A DNA stretch of 64,000 nucleotides from Azolla caroliniana. Taxonomy: Eukaryota > Plantae > Polypodiophyta. How positions within the stretch are numbered: the stretch's first letter is position 1; the number at the start of each line of letters is the position of its first letter. The DNA lies in the NCBI GenBank assembly GCA_043228905.1, contig JBHGNT010000008.1:15624001-15688000 (forward strand). The letters are read 5' to 3'. The notes under the pieces are model-generated. The model made no database searches. It was not told the origin of the DNA and saw nothing but the letters and a program-made list of their open reading frames with translations. Shown piece by piece: positions 9,488 to 24,490 of the stretch. The translations under genes and the position numbers were made by a program.

Positions 9488-12400
9488 ATGGATCAGAAAA
9501 TTGTGTATCATCTCCTCCTCCTTTCTGTAGTTTGCTTCACAGAGCTTCTTCTGATCAACTGTGAACTGGATGAATCCTCCATTATTGAGCGATTCAGAGA
9601 GTACCTGAGAATACCTTCAACACATCCAAATCCAGATTACTCTCAAACAACTCGTTTCATCTTGTCTCAAGCCCGAGATATTGGGATTGAAGCTCAGATA
9701 CTGACTTTTGTAGAAGACAAGCCACTGATTCTTCTCACATGGGTAGGGGAGAATCCCTCTCTCCCATCTGTTCTGTTCAATTCTCACACTGATGTTGTCC
9801 CAGCAGAGCCACACAAATGGATGTATGGATATGGACCCTTTGATGCAAACATAGACAGCCATGGAAACATATTCGCCCGAGGTTCACAAGACATGAAATG
9901 TGTTGGTATGCAATACCTTGAATCTCTACGAGTCCTCAAATCCATGGGTTTTATGCCCAAAAGGAATGTTCACCTCTCATTCGTTCCAGATGAGGAGATT
10001 GGTGGCCAAGATGGCATGGCAGAATTTGTCAAATCATCACATTTCTCGGATCTTAATATTGGGGTTGTTTTTGATGAAGGTCTAGTATCACCGACCAATT
10101 TGTATCGTGTATTTAATGGTGAGAGATCAGCGTGGTGGTTCGTCATTAAAGCAACAGGATTTCCTGGCCATGGGTCAAAGCTTTACGATAACAGTGCCAT
10201 GGAGAATCTTATGATAAGCATGGAATCTATTAGCAAGTTCCGACGGCATCAGTTTGACCTTCTCAAAGAGGAGATTGTGCGTGAAGGTGAGGTGGTCTCT
10301 ATCAATCTTGCCTACTTGAAAGCTGGAACACCTACTCCAAATGTGAGTGTATATACATCTATCTCCAACTTTTAAGTTTTTGAGAAACTTTTGCCATGAG
10401 AGCATACACATTCATTATGCATAGGAGTGATAGATTCCCAAGTTTCAACCCAATACCATGGCTGGACACTATGTCATCACGAAAAAAGTTATGGTTTTAT
10501 GGATATAAAATCTGGATTTCAGTGATCTGGACATAAGACCTAGGATTTTATGGTATAAATTCTGGATTGCTATGACCTGGACATATATCTAGGATTGCTA
10601 CACCATGAAAATTGAGACCCTAAGTTTATTTGTAGATGTAAACTTAAGGTTTCAATTTTAATGGTGTAACTCCTGATTGCTATGGTACGGACATAGAGCT
10701 ATGGTTTTTCATGGTGTAAGTTTGGATTTCTATGGTTCAGAACTGGACTCATAAATTCTGGCATATTGACTTCTAAGGTATACAAACACTTCTAACCATT
10801 TCCATGCGTTCTATTGCATGTATATGCCTTCGCTTGCTCTCTTTGAAAGAACTAGTTTCTTCTTCTGATTTTTGTGCAAATAGGGATTTGTAATGAATCT
10901 ACAACCCTCTGAAGCTGAGGCTGGATTTGACATGAGAGTTCCCCCCAACACTGATCTGAACTCTCTAGAAGAACGCCTTCAGAAGGAATGGGCTCCAGCA
11001 TCAAGAAACATGACGTACCAGGTTTCTTCTTTGAATCTTATGCTTATAGACTTGCAACAAATCCCACTTAGGCCGCAATACATGATAAAACTACTTGTTT
11101 GTCTCATGGAGCATTTTTTTTTATGTTTTCTTTAAGCATTCTGAATCTTGGCATTTGCTGAAATGCTGCAAGACAATACGAAGGTTTCTATTTCAGCCTT
11201 GTTCAGTCAGAATGATTTAAGTATTCTAAAGTCAAGATATGTTTCTGCCATGACTGCATGAAACAGAATGATTTTTCATGCAACAGCCATTTCCCAACAT
11301 CAAGATTTTGGTTTATGATGTAATAATAATTCTTGTTTACAGCTACTTTTCATGATAGAAATGCAAAAATGGTACAATACAATGGGTTTATTTTAATTTT
11401 GACAATGAGCTGTGATAATAGTTTTTAAATTTTTTGATATGAATGTAATTTGAAGATAAAAAATTGATGATTTAACTTTGATCTTGTATTACACTTTCTC
11501 TGTCACATTTGTCCTGATTCCCCAGGGATTTAATAAGTTTAGACATTTGATTTCATCAAAATGAATATACACTTTACCTCTTTATCACATGCATCTTGCA
11601 TGAAAATAGCTCCTCCAACGAAGTGATATATAGTGAAGAGAAATATCCCAATTTCTTTAAGCACAGATATGATGGGCATCCAGGCTTAGTCGTTAGATTT
11701 CATGCAATTCATGCAATGGATGACGAACGTACGTATGCATGCTGAAGGGATCTTAAATCCTTGGGGAGAAGATAATGAGCAGAAATTTAGACATGAAAGA
11801 GAAGAAATCATCCAAGCTCTTGGTTTTTTCATGAAACAGATAGTGAATTTTCTGTAAACATATGCTTGTCTCATACATGGTGAATGAATGATGAAGAGGG
11901 TGAACCAAAAAAACCTGAAGTCTCAGGCTCTTGGTTTTTTCATGAAACAGACAAGGAGTTTCTGTAAACATATGTTTGTCACATACATGGTGAATGGATG
12001 ATGAAGAGAGTGAACCAAAAAAAACTCAAGACGTAAAGGAGAGAAATCTCACTTTGGACTGGTTTTTAAAGGAAGAATTGCAATTCTAGTCTCAGCAATA
12101 TATTACATTATTAATAACAAAACAAAATATTAGAACAGGAAAAAGAAAAAGTAAAAACTATAAAAGAAAGGGAGATCAATAATTAATGCTAACTTCAATT
12201 AAAATATATTCATGTCAGTTCAAGCTGAAGCAGCCTTTGGTGGGCATGGATCAGCGTCCTCTGGTAACAGTAGCAAACAGGTCAAATCCATGGTGGACAC
12301 TTCTACAAGAAGCTGTAGCTGAGGGTGGAGGTGAACTTGGCAAACCAGAAATCCTTTCCGGTTCAACTGATGCTCGATACATAAGAGCAAAAGGCATTCC

Positions 12401-12654
12401 AGCCTTTGGGTTTTCTCCTATCGCAAACACACCGATCTTACTACATGACCACAATGAGGTACTACTCTCAAGAGTACTGCTATGTGCATTATGAATCTGC
12501 TTTCATTCAATTGAAACAAGTTGCATTTTAGTTTTAATTGCATTCAATATGGTGGTTGCAGTTTCTCAACAAGGAACAATACTTGAAAGGTATCCAGGTG
12601 TATGTTCAAATTATGAAATCGTTCTCATCATTTGAAGATGTTCAGTCATTCTAA
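9488..12654 (+). CDS. ACY1: Aminoacylase-1 (M20 metallopeptidase), 4 exons, hydrophobic N-terminal signal-like segment
   Basis: Exons 9488-10342, 10884-11021, 12219-12458, 12562-12654. Motifs NSHTDVVP, ARGSQDMKC, PDEEIGG, DEG, GHGSKLY, STDARY, LLHDHNE. Confidence 0.95.
11815..12025. repeat. ~115-bp tandem duplication in aminoacylase intron 2
   Basis: GCTCTTGGTTTTTTCATGAAACAGA...GTGAACCAAAAAAA occurs twice. Confidence 0.8.
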
Positions 12655-14764
12655 ACAAGGTACATTGCTATATATGCAACAAGAGATTACTCGTGTGTCT
12701 ATTGAATTGGCATCAATTGATCCAAAATCCACATATATCTGACATGTAGCCCATACAGAATCTTGGTTTATGATCATTGTTGCTATTTAAAGAAGATGAT
12801 CATTGTACGAGCTATAGTATTATGTGAGAAGAGTGTTTTGTGGCATTATCAAGATTTTATCATTCATTTCGATTGTCTACATCTTGGACAGATATCTTGA
12901 TGCACATTATCAGCGTTAAAAAGTTCTGTGATATATTTTGTAAAACCCCTGTCATCAAATACAAAATATATATACATATATAAAATAATGATTTTGAGTT
13001 GTGCATTGGATACCTATCATGTTTTTAGCATCAACCATTATACCCTTGCCCAACTTAAAGATTTCATCCATACACTTTTTATTGATGTGAACATCAATGT
13101 TTTTTCCGTTATGCTTTTAGAGCAATGTTTTGCATTGTACTTTTAAGTACCAGTCATACCAACATTATCGTAATCTCTTTTCAAGATTAACATATACAGA
13201 AGCCATTGTTGTGATTGATATTAAGCCCAGACTCTTGGTTGATATATTTTAAAATATACCCGAGTGGATTAGAGATCATCTCAAACGTGGCCATCACAGT
13301 CTAAGAAACATTACCATTTGACATTAGTATAAAAAACAATAAAGTATTGAAATAAAGTTTGTGTTATTTTCATGTGCTCATAACCTATTAATGTTTATCC
13401 TCTAATCCAACATCTTAATATGAATGTCATTGATTGTCATTGATTTTTTACTTTGGTAATCACAATTACAAGATGATATGTTGATTTGGTTCCACATACC
13501 AAAACTGGCCTCATGGGTGATAAATTGTCTATCTATTCTATTTTAATTAATATGCATTCCAATGCTAAGCACATCTAATCTCTTGTTCTTCATAAAGACT
13601 AGAAACAACCAATGAAGTAGCAACAATCCAGTTTGAGTTTAATTGCATCGTAAAACCATACCTTAATGGCTTATCAATTCGGTTAAGAGATGTAGTAGAT
13701 TTTTTGTATAAATTGTTTGATTTGGCTTTGGGGTTCAAGGGTTCGGTTTAGTTTGGTTTGAACCTTTATTGGCTTAACAACTTAATGGTTTGGAGGAATA
13801 TTCAAATATCATTTAACATGGTAATTTTGAAAATGCATTACTAAAGAAATGAAAGTATTTACACTACAAACTTGTGTTACTTGTAGAAACTCCAAAGATA
13901 GTAAACTATAGATGTACATATAAAACTTTTGTATACTGACTACAATGGTGGTACACATGACATGGTATGCATGTGGCAACATTGATCTATGTTACTTCTC
14001 ATGGTCTCACTAATACTCCAACGAAGTCTTTATAAGGAGAATGCATTACATAAAACATAAAGTTGTAGTCTAAATTAAAGTACTTGGAAAACCAAATTTT
14101 CTAGAAGAAAAATACTTGGAAGACTAAGGTAAATGTCAATGTTCAAAGATCAAGAGGTAAACTCAAAACTCAAAGAGTTTCAATGGGAAAATATAAATTT
14201 AGATTATCGAAGGCATTTGTCTAATGTGTGTAGTATGATATTATCAACTTGAACCCATTGAGTTTGAATGATAAATAAAAATTGAATCCAAATTAATGCT
14301 GATTAATAGTGACTAATGTAAGTTATTATCATCCAAACAGGTGATGCAAATAAATCATGCCAATTGATGCATACATTAGTAACAATGATTGACCTTCTTG
14401 TAATTATTTACATGTCTTTTGTTTACATGATACTATGAGGGGTTTAGATCCTAGAGGAAGAAAAGCCCAATTTCAAATTGATACTCAAAACAAGAAACAC
14501 TCTAGGTATGGTCAAGATTCAAAAGACCTAAAGAACAATGCTAAAAATACGAGATAGTCTACATGGGAACTCAAACATGAGAATCTCTGCATGAACAATA
14601 ATCAAAGCATGTGTCTCTCACTTGGAAGGATTTTATGCAACATTTTGTAGACGGGATTTGCCTCCTTTTTTGCCTAATGCATATGAGCAATATGGGCAAT
14701 AAGTTGGCATAAAAAACGCAGAAGAGCTTCATATATGTATGCACCTACCTCGGAACCCTAAACC

Positions 14765-15170
14765 CTGAAAACCAAAACCGACCGCAAAACTGTGGTTTTA
14801 ACAGTTTAAAGGTTTGAAAGTCTCTGAAACCGTCTGGTTTGAGCTTGAATTGTTTTGTAATGGTTCGGTTTAAAAGGTTTTGGTTTAAACGGTTTCATGG
14901 TTCTATATGGTTTGGTTTAAGTGTTTCAATTTCTGTAGACGGTTTGAGTTTGACGCTATCGAACCAAACCAAATCAAACCATTGCTGATTGCTAACGGTG
15001 GAGATTCACAATCTTGAACCAAACCAAACCAATTCTTGATTGCTAATGTCGGAGACTAATAATCTTGAACCAAACCAAACCAAACCCTTGTCGATTGCTA
15101 ATGTCGGAGATTCACAATCTCAATGAACCAAACCAAACAATTTGTCAATTGCTAACGTCGGAGACTCAAA
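14765..15170. repeat. AAACC/GGTTT-rich DNA-transposon-like subterminal region with four ~45-50-bp tandem units
   Basis: GAACCAAACCAAAC...GATTGCTAAYGTCGGAGA occurs 4 times at 14961-15170, preceded by many CGGTTT/AAACC motifs. Confidence 0.6.
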
Positions 15171-15193
15171 AACAAGCGACACGAGGCCAAGTC

Positions 15194-15271
15194 TATATAT
15201 ATAGATATAGATATAGATATAGATATAGATATAGATAGATAGATAGATAGATAGATATATACACACACACA
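15194..15271. repeat. Compound microsatellite (TATAGA)n(TAGA)n(CA)n
   Basis: Directly visible in the sequence. Confidence 0.95.
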
Positions 15272-15612
15272 CGGGATGGAGTAAGAGTAGGGAGGACACG
15301 GGAGCCAGTCAGGGGCGGGCCAGGAACAACAGAGTAGTAAAGAGAAGAAAAAAAAAACACGAGAGCCATGGGGCAGGCGGGCGGGCGGGCGATGGCCGTG
15401 AATGTGACGTCATGCCCAAGAGACGGACGGGCTTTTGCTCTCTTTTTTTTTTTGTAACTCTTTTCTGTTATTGGGTCTTTTGCTCTGTTCTAACTTCTGG
15501 GCTCCATTTTATCTGTTTTTCTTCACATTTGTGGATAGGAGCCACAAGACAGAGAGAGTCTGAGAGAGAGAGAGAGAGAGAGAGAGTCTGAGAGAGAGTG
15601 CCCCCCCCCCCC

Positions 15613-16656
15613 ATGGCAGAGAGCTCCCCTGCCGCCATGCCTGTCGCCTCCCTCTTCCTCAAGGAGAAGGGCCTCCCCGACATATCCATCAGAAAGATGA
15701 TGAACAAATGCAGAGCCCTTAGCAGACCAGGTGCCGAAGATCGCCTCCGCCCCAACTGGTCTTTCCTTGAGAAGCATGTAGGTATACCCAAGCGGAAGAT
15801 TCCTTCCACCGTCCTGAAATGCCCCCACCTCCTGGTCCTCAGCCTGCACGACAAACTCCGGCCCATGGCCGACCTCTTGTCCGGCCTCGGCGGCGGCCCC
15901 AAACCCGAGGAGATCGCCGCCGCCGTCTTACGCTTCCCCAATGTCTTCCTCTACAGCATCGAAGAGAAGCTCTGCCCCCTTCTAGGCTTCCTCCAAGGAG
16001 CCGGAGTCCACGAATCGAAGATCTCCAAGGTATTCCTCTCTTGCCCCCGGTTGCTTAGTTATAGCATCGATTCCAAGCTCGAACCGACCTTGCGCTTTCT
16101 TGAAGAAGAGGTGGGTGTCAAGAGAGAGGAGAATAGTATGGGGAAATTGCTTGCCCGATGGCCCCATATCTTCGGTTATAGCATCGAAACCCGGCTCCGG
16201 CCCACGGTTTTGTATCTTGAGAACCTTGGTTTAAGCAAAGAAGAGATATCCCGAGTCGCCATCAGGTTTCCACATCTCTTGTGCCGAGATGCCGACAAGA
16301 CTTATCGCCCAAATGTGGAATTCCTTTCCTCTTTGGGATTCGATAAGCGACAGATTAGCTCGCTGGTGTCAGGGTACCCACCATTGCTTCTATCTAGTGT
16401 GAAGAACTCCTTGCAACCCAAGTTTGAGTTCTTGGTTAATGTAATGGGGAAGAAGATGGAGGATGCGGTGGCTTATCCATCTTTTTTCGCCCATAGTCTC
16501 GGGAAGAAGATCGAGCCGCGGTATCGCAAGTTAGAGAAGGATGGTATCAAATGTAGCCTCGAGGGAATGCTTAGTTGTAATCAAAAGAAATTCTCTGAAG
16601 GTAACCTCGGGTTCAGCCAAAACCCCGCCTTGAAGCTCGCCCATCTCTCACTGTGA
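15613..16656 (+). CDS. Mitochondrial transcription termination factor (mTERF) family protein, single coding exon
   Basis: Repeated ~35-aa mTERF units (P.lL.ySie.kL.P.v.fL..lG) and C-terminal YPSFFAHSLGKKIEPR. First ATG at 15613, after a (GA)n tract and a poly-C run. Confidence 0.93.
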   Translation: MAESSPAAMPVASLFLKEKGLPDISIRKMMNKCRALSRPGAEDRLRPNWSFLEKHVGIPKRKIPSTVLKCPHLLVLSLHDKLRPMADLLSGLGGGPKPEEIAAAVLRFPNVFLYSIEEKLCPLLGFLQGAGVHESKISKVFLSCPRLLSYSIDSKLEPTLRFLEEEVGVKREENSMGKLLARWPHIFGYSIETRLRPTVLYLENLGLSKEEISRVAIRFPHLLCRDADKTYRPNVEFLSSLGFDKRQISSLVSGYPPLLLSSVKNSLQPKFEFLVNVMGKKMEDAVAYPSFFAHSLGKKIEPRYRKLEKDGIKCSLEGMLSCNQKKFSEGNLGFSQNPALKLAHLSL

Positions 16657-19457
16657 GGTCTTCTGAGAGAAGAAAGATAAGCCGAAATTGGTTTAGCGGT
16701 ATTACTCTCCCCCCTCCCTTTTCTCTTTTGGGAAAAAAGAGAGTGAAAATGAAATGAAATGTTATGATGATAAATCCCCCCCCCCCCCTGCCTTTCTTTT
16801 TCTCTTCAACTTCTAGGATTTGTTCTATTCTTCAATGCCAATGTAGCTAGTATATATAGTGAGGGAATCGATGAGTATTATTGACTAGCAATTAGAAGCA
16901 GGATGGAGTGAAATGAAAATCTCATGCTAGCATATTATTTTGTATTTAGCATTATGAGCAAGTCAGCGAATGAGGAAATCGATGAGTTGTGTTTGGTAAC
17001 TAGCAAGCGGCAAGGATGTAGTTCCTAGTGTATGCGGTGACATTCAATGAATTAAGAAAAATTCATTTCCTTATTATTTGAAGTATGCACTTCTTCAAGT
17101 TTATTGTTTTGGCTCGTGTATTGTGAAGTAGTTTCTTTGTATGTGCTATTATACTTCAATTTTATTGTCTTAAGAGTATGTTGTTCGTGGATAGAGTTTA
17201 CTGAGAGAGGAAACCATTCGTGTGCTATTGGAAACTTGATGTTAATGAGAGATGTTTGCTAGCTAGATTAACTGATGCCAAGGAAATTCCAGAGAATGCA
17301 TATCTATAATATATATGAAATCCTTGATATACTTTTGTTGCTCTAGACACGTAAAAAGTTATAGCAATTTGAAAGTACCCAATGGTAAACCCTATTGCAT
17401 AAAGAAAATCATGGCACTGTATTTGATTCTCAACTCACTTGACAGTCCTATGTGCTAATTTTTTGTAGAGTATACCAGAATTTTTATGTTCTATATTAAT
17501 ATGGATTTTAGTTCCAATCAGTCGAGCAATGATATAAAAACAATTTGGTGATTTATGCACCCAAGTGGTTGCAATACACATTTGGCACCCTACCATTCAA
17601 ATAGGAATGGAATATCAAATGCAATTGATATTAAACTTAGAAGTTTTGATATGTAAAACTTTGAGGTGATGGGGAACTCTGACATTGAAGTCTGCACACA
17701 AAATAGCTAAAGTGTGGATTAGTATGGCCAATACTATTTAGGTTGATCCAGGTTCAATATGAAGAGGGTTATACTCCAAATTTGGATTAAATTTTCTATT
17801 AATATATGCACTAATCACAAGTTCATTGATGCAAGTTCAGGTAACCCCGTGCCTAATTATTTGGATGCAGATAGATACAAGTTCTTCAAGTAGCACCATG
17901 CTTAATTGTTTGGATGCAGATAGATAACAAGTTCAGATGGCACTGCATAATTATTTGGATGCAGGTAGATACAATTAATTATTGTTTGGATGCAGACATA
18001 TTTGGAAATGTGGTCTCAAAAGCTAAAAACAAAATATTTGCAAACGATCTGCCTCCACCAGCCATTCATATTTCAAATGACAACTTGACAAGGATAAACA
18101 AGGTTCCCTATGCATTCCTGTTATAAATTACATGTGGAAATAGATTTGACCAGACGAATCTGATTTCATGTTGATGCCTCTTATTCAGAATCAATTCTCA
18201 TACTTGGTGAATGATAAATTGTTTTACATCGTCACATGAAACCTAAATGGAGAACTCTCTCTCGATAAAAGCCCACCATTGTTTCACTTCAGCTTTAGCT
18301 TAGTTATCTTTCAAATGACAAGGATCTCACCATTTGCATAGGCCCAAAATTTCAAATGACAAGGTTGGTCTAAAGAGGGAAATAGACATCCTAATACGTC
18401 AATATAGGAGATTAGGAAAGGCACTAACTCACAAAAACAATAAATCACCAGAATGTGTGGAGCAGCAGTGCCAAAAGATAATTTTAAACATAAATACTTC
18501 ATGTCGTGACCAATTTAAGTACGTGATCATAAAAAGCAAGCCTAGACATAAAACATCCTATAACATAGTTTTACAATCTACTAACTAATTTTTTCACACA
18601 ACACATTTCACCAGCAAAAGACACAATGAAATGCAAAGAGACAGCTAATATGACTATTCTTCTATCACCTATCATCGTCCAAATTTACCAAAGCACATGG
18701 ATTCCAATGCTTCACCAAGATACCAAGGATTAAAAGGATCCTAGGAGTTCAACAAAATAATCACTTCTGTTTTAGCTAGCATCCTGCTAACTTAATGTTG
18801 AGTAATTTTTACTCAAACAATTCATGAGTACAAGGTTGGATTGAAGATATTCATAAACATGGAACAATTTACATTCAGCTATAATTTTAGACCATTATAT
18901 TTTTACACCCTTGACATGCCAATCAAATCTCATTCTAAATCATTATATAGTGAGTGTCGAATTTGAATTAATCAATAAGTATTGTAGGGCACATTAAAAT
19001 ACAAACATATGAAAAAACAAATTTACTATGATCTATTATTATAATTAAAATTTAAAGCATAAACAGCTGTTTAGCTTAGTTTTACATTTACTGTTGAAAA
19101 TTAGAGGGTATTTGAATGTGAATTTGCATGGAGTTAGAAAACTAATATAACTCAATTTTGGCATATATTGTGGCGTGCCCATCATTCGAGTAGTAATAAT
19201 GAACCCCAGAAGCATATAAGATTTTCTAATATATATACATATATCTTGCAAATCAACATAATAAATTTTTTATATATATAAAAGCGAAAAAATTTCATGA
19301 GCCTAAACAAAAAAGAATCAATCCATCTGTAACGTTAGATGAAGATTTCAGAATTTAAAAGGAAAAAAAGAGAGAAAAAAACACATCATTGTAATTTATA
19401 TCGTTGGTTATAACTTCGGAATCTCTGTTCCTATTTTTTTCTTTTTGATTTTGAACT

Positions 19458-22400
19458 TTACGAACAGCAGCTATTTTTCTGTGCAATGGGTTGCCCTTGC
19501 ATCTGTACGAGTTTCGGCTTCCCACTATTCATCGCTGGTTGGCTTGCCATTCTAAAACCACCACCAAACACATAATAAAACTCAGTATTGCTAAAGAGTA
19601 TTGAGAAAAGGTCAATAAAATAGGTTTGAATATCTGACTTCACTTTTCTTATTCTAATATTTCTTGGGGATTTCATTTTCAAAATTTAAAAAAGCCGGTG
19701 TTTTTAAATTATTGTACATGACAAAAGTTTGGGTTCCCAAACATCTATTTAATTTAGTAACTACCAAAATGTCATTCTTCCACAATTTGTTAATGTGAGT
19801 TATTAGTGTTGCAAGAGTAAATGACATGAGCTTTTTTTAACATAAATAATTTAAGCATATTCAAGATCTATTAAACCGAATTTTTAAGCTTCCAAGTGCA
19901 AAATTACACAACATTCATATTTTCTTTGGAAATTTTAAAATGGCAAGCTCAAAATTTAACTGAGTCAATTTTCTAATATGGCAACTGCAAAATGCACTCA
20001 AAATGTATTATTTAAAACACTGATTAGGATAAACACCAAAATGGTAGCACATATATCAAACCCAGGTTATTTCATAATCTTACCTGTTTTTAATCTCCGC
20101 CGCCATTGTCATGAATGCTTGTTCTACATTGGTTGCATTTTTTGCACTTGTCTCCAAAAAGGGAATCCCGATTTCATCAGCAAAAGCCTAAATTCGAAAT
20201 GAGAAAAAAAGAAAGAAAAACCCACATTAAATTATGTTATGTGCACAATTAAAATCATATAATGGTACATGCACATTAAACCCACCTTTGCTGTCTCAGT
20301 GTCAACAACTTTCTTTGCAGTCAAGTCGGATTTATTTCCTACAAGAAGCTTGTTCACATTCTCGCTTGCATATCGATCGATTTCATTCAACCATTGCTTC
20401 ACATTGTTGAAGCTCTCTTGATCAGTGACATCATATACTATCTGATAAGAAATAAATTATCACCAACCCATATCCCTACCATATAAAAAGAAGGGGAAGA
20501 ACACTTAAATAACACAACTTTCTGGATATTTAATATCCATCGAAACTTTACTTGAGTACCACTTTGTAGTAAGGTTTGTACTACATAGAGGTATTCAGGT
20601 AAATATCAATAACACTAAATGAGTATTTTGGTATCTTTGCCGCAGAAGAACTCTAAAACATACTATAATTCCATGAGCTCCTCGATAATAGCTGCTTGTT
20701 ATTGTTCTGAAACGCTCCTGTCCAGCTGTATCCCACTATAGAATGTACAGACAAACAATGTACATAAATGATCCATAATGCAAAATTTGTTGGGATTGTG
20801 AGCTTACATAATGAAATTAATTTGATTAAGAGATGATAAAATATAATGCCATGATATATTATAACTCTCTACCCAACCATATTCCCCTGAGCCATATCAC
20901 ATAATACATGGTTTAAGGCTGGTGCTGGAGCTGAAGGTTTCTGTTATTAACATGGATTATTTCAGGCAATAATGTAGAATACTGATAAGAGAGCTCACAC
21001 TTTTACTCTAAATTAATGGCATTTACTTGTATTTGTTTAAGATGTTATGCGGACCTTTTCATGTAATTTTGAAAAAATAAAGTACAAAATACTCTTAATA
21101 TGATTGTTAACAATTATTATCTTCAAGTTTAACAAGATGTGCAACAAATCTGCTTACCGGTGACAAGATTATTGCTTTTAAAGTGGAAAAACATTTCTTA
21201 TGCTGCAATATTTCCTCACATTATCCTTCCAATAGAAATCTTATGAAATTTCTGCATTTGATCCTCAGGCTCGTATGCACAATTTAACAAAGACTAATAA
21301 CTATCATATAAAACATCCATGAACATTCAAGAGAAAACAACGATCTTCAGAGATCTTACTTTGCATGATGTCCATCACCCAAAGGCATGTTAAATATGCA
21401 TAATAACCTAAAAGACTTCACTTCTCCATTAGGGCCTATCTAATTTTCGGATCTTGTTTTGGAAAATGGCTTATACAGAAGATATAGAATTGAATTGCTA
21501 AAATTCATCTCTTATGGATTTGTGTCTAATCTAACTGCAATAAACTAATCCTAGCCCCCCCCCTTTTATTTACAATTTTAACTTTTGCTGAATCCAAAGA
21601 TTCTCAAGGTTTGATCATTTCCAACATGGAACATTATAAGCTCAAATAAGAATATAAGAAATGTATTATTTTCTCCATGGCATAATGCAAAGATATGGTT
21701 TCTTAGGCTGTCTCATTCTTTGTTTGCTATAGATTTATTTTATTTATGTTTTGCCGAATGGATGTTTCATGCCACATGCAACAATGATTGCATGATTTAT
21801 TCTCAGTAGAAGTTTTCACTGTTAAAATAAATAAAAGATCATGATAAATATAAGAATTTATTACAGAATATAAATGAAAAACTCACAACCTTCAAAGAAA
21901 CATTGATTATTAACCTTCTACATCCTCAATCTATGACCATTTATCCAAGCGACTTTTGACCAAGAAATTTGAACATATATCTTTCATGCTTGGTATTCCC
22001 ACTTGAAGGCCTAATTTGTGATCATATTTTTTTATGTACTCAGCATAATTCCAATTGCTTATGCCTTTTACTTTCTTATCTAAGAATTGGGGTAATACAT
22101 GTTCCTACATTCATTATTCAACAACATCTTCATGTTTAACCTTTAATATAAAATCTAAAAACAAAATTAAGAACTAAATTAGGAAACTTCTTACGATTTG
22201 GAGTTTGATGGTTTTGCTATCAAGTTCTACCGTACGGATTTTCTGCAACCAGATGACAATTATATTAAGCATCTCATAAAAGGGAACTCATGCATATACA
22301 CTCAACTTCACAAAACCACATTTCACATAGAGAGAACTCACAAAATCAACACCAATAGTACTGATGTAGCTCTCCAAATATGAATCATCCTGAAAATTTG

Positions 22401-24490
22401 GAGAAAAAACAATCACCCAAACAATCACCCAAACATAGTGAGCACTAGAATTTATAGCGAATGAAAAAAATTGAGTTCATCATACAGCAAATCGAAGAAG
22501 AAGGCATGACTTCCCGACACCAGAATCACCTATCAACAGCAGTTTGAATAGATAATCACTGCAAGCAAGGACGAAATCATAGAGCATATGTTTACAGCAT
22601 GTAATAAAATATCATAATTTCTTTTATTCTACTTAAAAGGATTTCTGCACCATTTTCTTGGTCACATAATAACACCACACCCCAAAATTTAATAGACTCA
22701 CACTACAATGAGAAATGTGTAGCTTTGGGGCTTACCAATTCAACCACACGGAACTAAGTGCACGAAATAAAGACAAACAAAATAATAGTAAAATTAGATT
22801 CCATGAGTAATAAATATTATTGGAACTAAAAAAAGAAAAAAAAGAAAAGCAAATACGCAGTAACATTTGTTGAAATACAAGTCCAAATAGAAACAATAGT
22901 AAAATATATAACAAATGAGAGGCCCTTATCATGTAAGATAGACATTCATCAATTTTATATATATTTAGAACACTAGAATACATTGGACTTACATATTTAG
23001 TGTCTAAAAATAAGAACTTGAGTAGGATGTTATGTCATCCTATAGCATACTCCCTACTTCATGCAATCCCTGGCCTAATGATACAGTATATCTGTTTGCA
23101 TGGCTTATTTATGCCCAAGAGTAGACAACTGTTTACACATCAGCATTCATATCAACTGGTGTTAAAACACATGGACAAATGCACTAAGCTTCTATCATAT
23201 TTTCCAAATAACTGGAACATATATCAAACATCAACCAAAGAAAATAAATGGAAGTTAAAAATGATGATAAAAATAAAACTGAGGCAGCCAAGTTCTTGAG
23301 ATCATAATGCTCATGCAAACTCCTTCTCAATAAGCATACATTCACTGCTTTTGAGGCGTTGAGCATAGATTTAACCTCACAGCATATGGAACCAAATGCA
23401 ATAGTGTTAAATTTTATTCAAATAAAAATAAACACTTTTAACGTTTCTAGAGAATCCCATGTTAAAAGGGCAGGTTTAAATTGATTCTTGATGTCCACCC
23501 GAAATACTTCAGACATAGCATGGACTCAATCCTATAGCATCATTAGTAACTAAAGTAGAGATCCACAGATTGCAAATAAATCGATTTTATGATGATCTAC
23601 GTCGCAAATATCAACACACTGATTTAAGGTATGACGGATTTCCATTGGATCTCATTACATATTATCCGGTAAGAGGACGGGAATGGAAATATGATCTGAA
23701 TGATGAAATTTGCATCAGGACAACATCAACAATGGCTTGGAAAACTTACACATTCTATGTTCAACCCAATCTTCACATAGAACTCAACTAAAACCGTGTC
23801 CCATTCCAGAAATTAGAAACGTATTCTTGTGCATCAATTGAATGCAGTATATATGATGGATGTAACCCCTTACGAGGACTTCTATGCTCTAACAGGCCCT
23901 GGTCTAAACTCAAAGGTAAACCCTATATTCTAATTAACAAAGACTTATCTCAAAACCAAATATCCAGAAACCATATCCGCAGCTTTCCAAAATGGAATTA
24001 AACATCTAGAAAGATTCTAAATCCTTAAGAGACTGCTCGGTTCTAACAAGGTTCTATGTTAAAAACACGAAGTAAGTTCTCGGCTGTAACAAGGTTCAAC
24101 GTATACATCAGAAAAAGACCATGTTTTTTTGCCGAATTTTGATGCAAAAGGACCAAAAATAAGCAAATGAACCTTTTAGAGAAATGCTATGGAATACCTA
24201 GGAAGGCTGTAAAACCTGTTAAGGAACCTCAATTCTAAAAACAGGCTTGATGCAAGAATCAGATAAAATCATCTGTTCTAATAACCAAAATATTATCATG
24301 AATCATTTCCAGGAACCAGGAAATAGAACTTTCTTGGTAGTTAAATACAATACCCGAAGACCTCTAGAGAGCCCTGAAGAAAACACAAATAGAAAGGCAA
24401 ACCCGTACAAGGATACAAGAGGACTGTTCCAAAATACAAGGCATGAGCAGATGGGGGGGGAGAAAGATTTTCTTACTATTCAGGATTCAT
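19458..24490 (-). CDS. RABD2: Rab1/YPT1-type small GTPase (plant RabD2 subgroup), 8 exons
   Basis: Spliced exons give MNPEY|[24 protein letters not shown]|[16 protein letters not shown]|[16 protein letters not shown]|[24 protein letters not shown]|IVYDVTD...GNKSDL|...ETSAK...|...QKNSCCS*. C-terminal CC prenylation motif. Confidence 0.96.

Noticed and set aside
15405-15412. TGACGTCA bZIP-type palindrome upstream of mTERF
   Set aside because: A single 8-mer is expected by chance about once in 64 kb, and there is no supporting evidence.
15468-15941. 157-aa antisense ORF overlapping mTERF
   Set aside because: Shadow ORF of GC-rich coding sequence that runs through a (GA)n tract.
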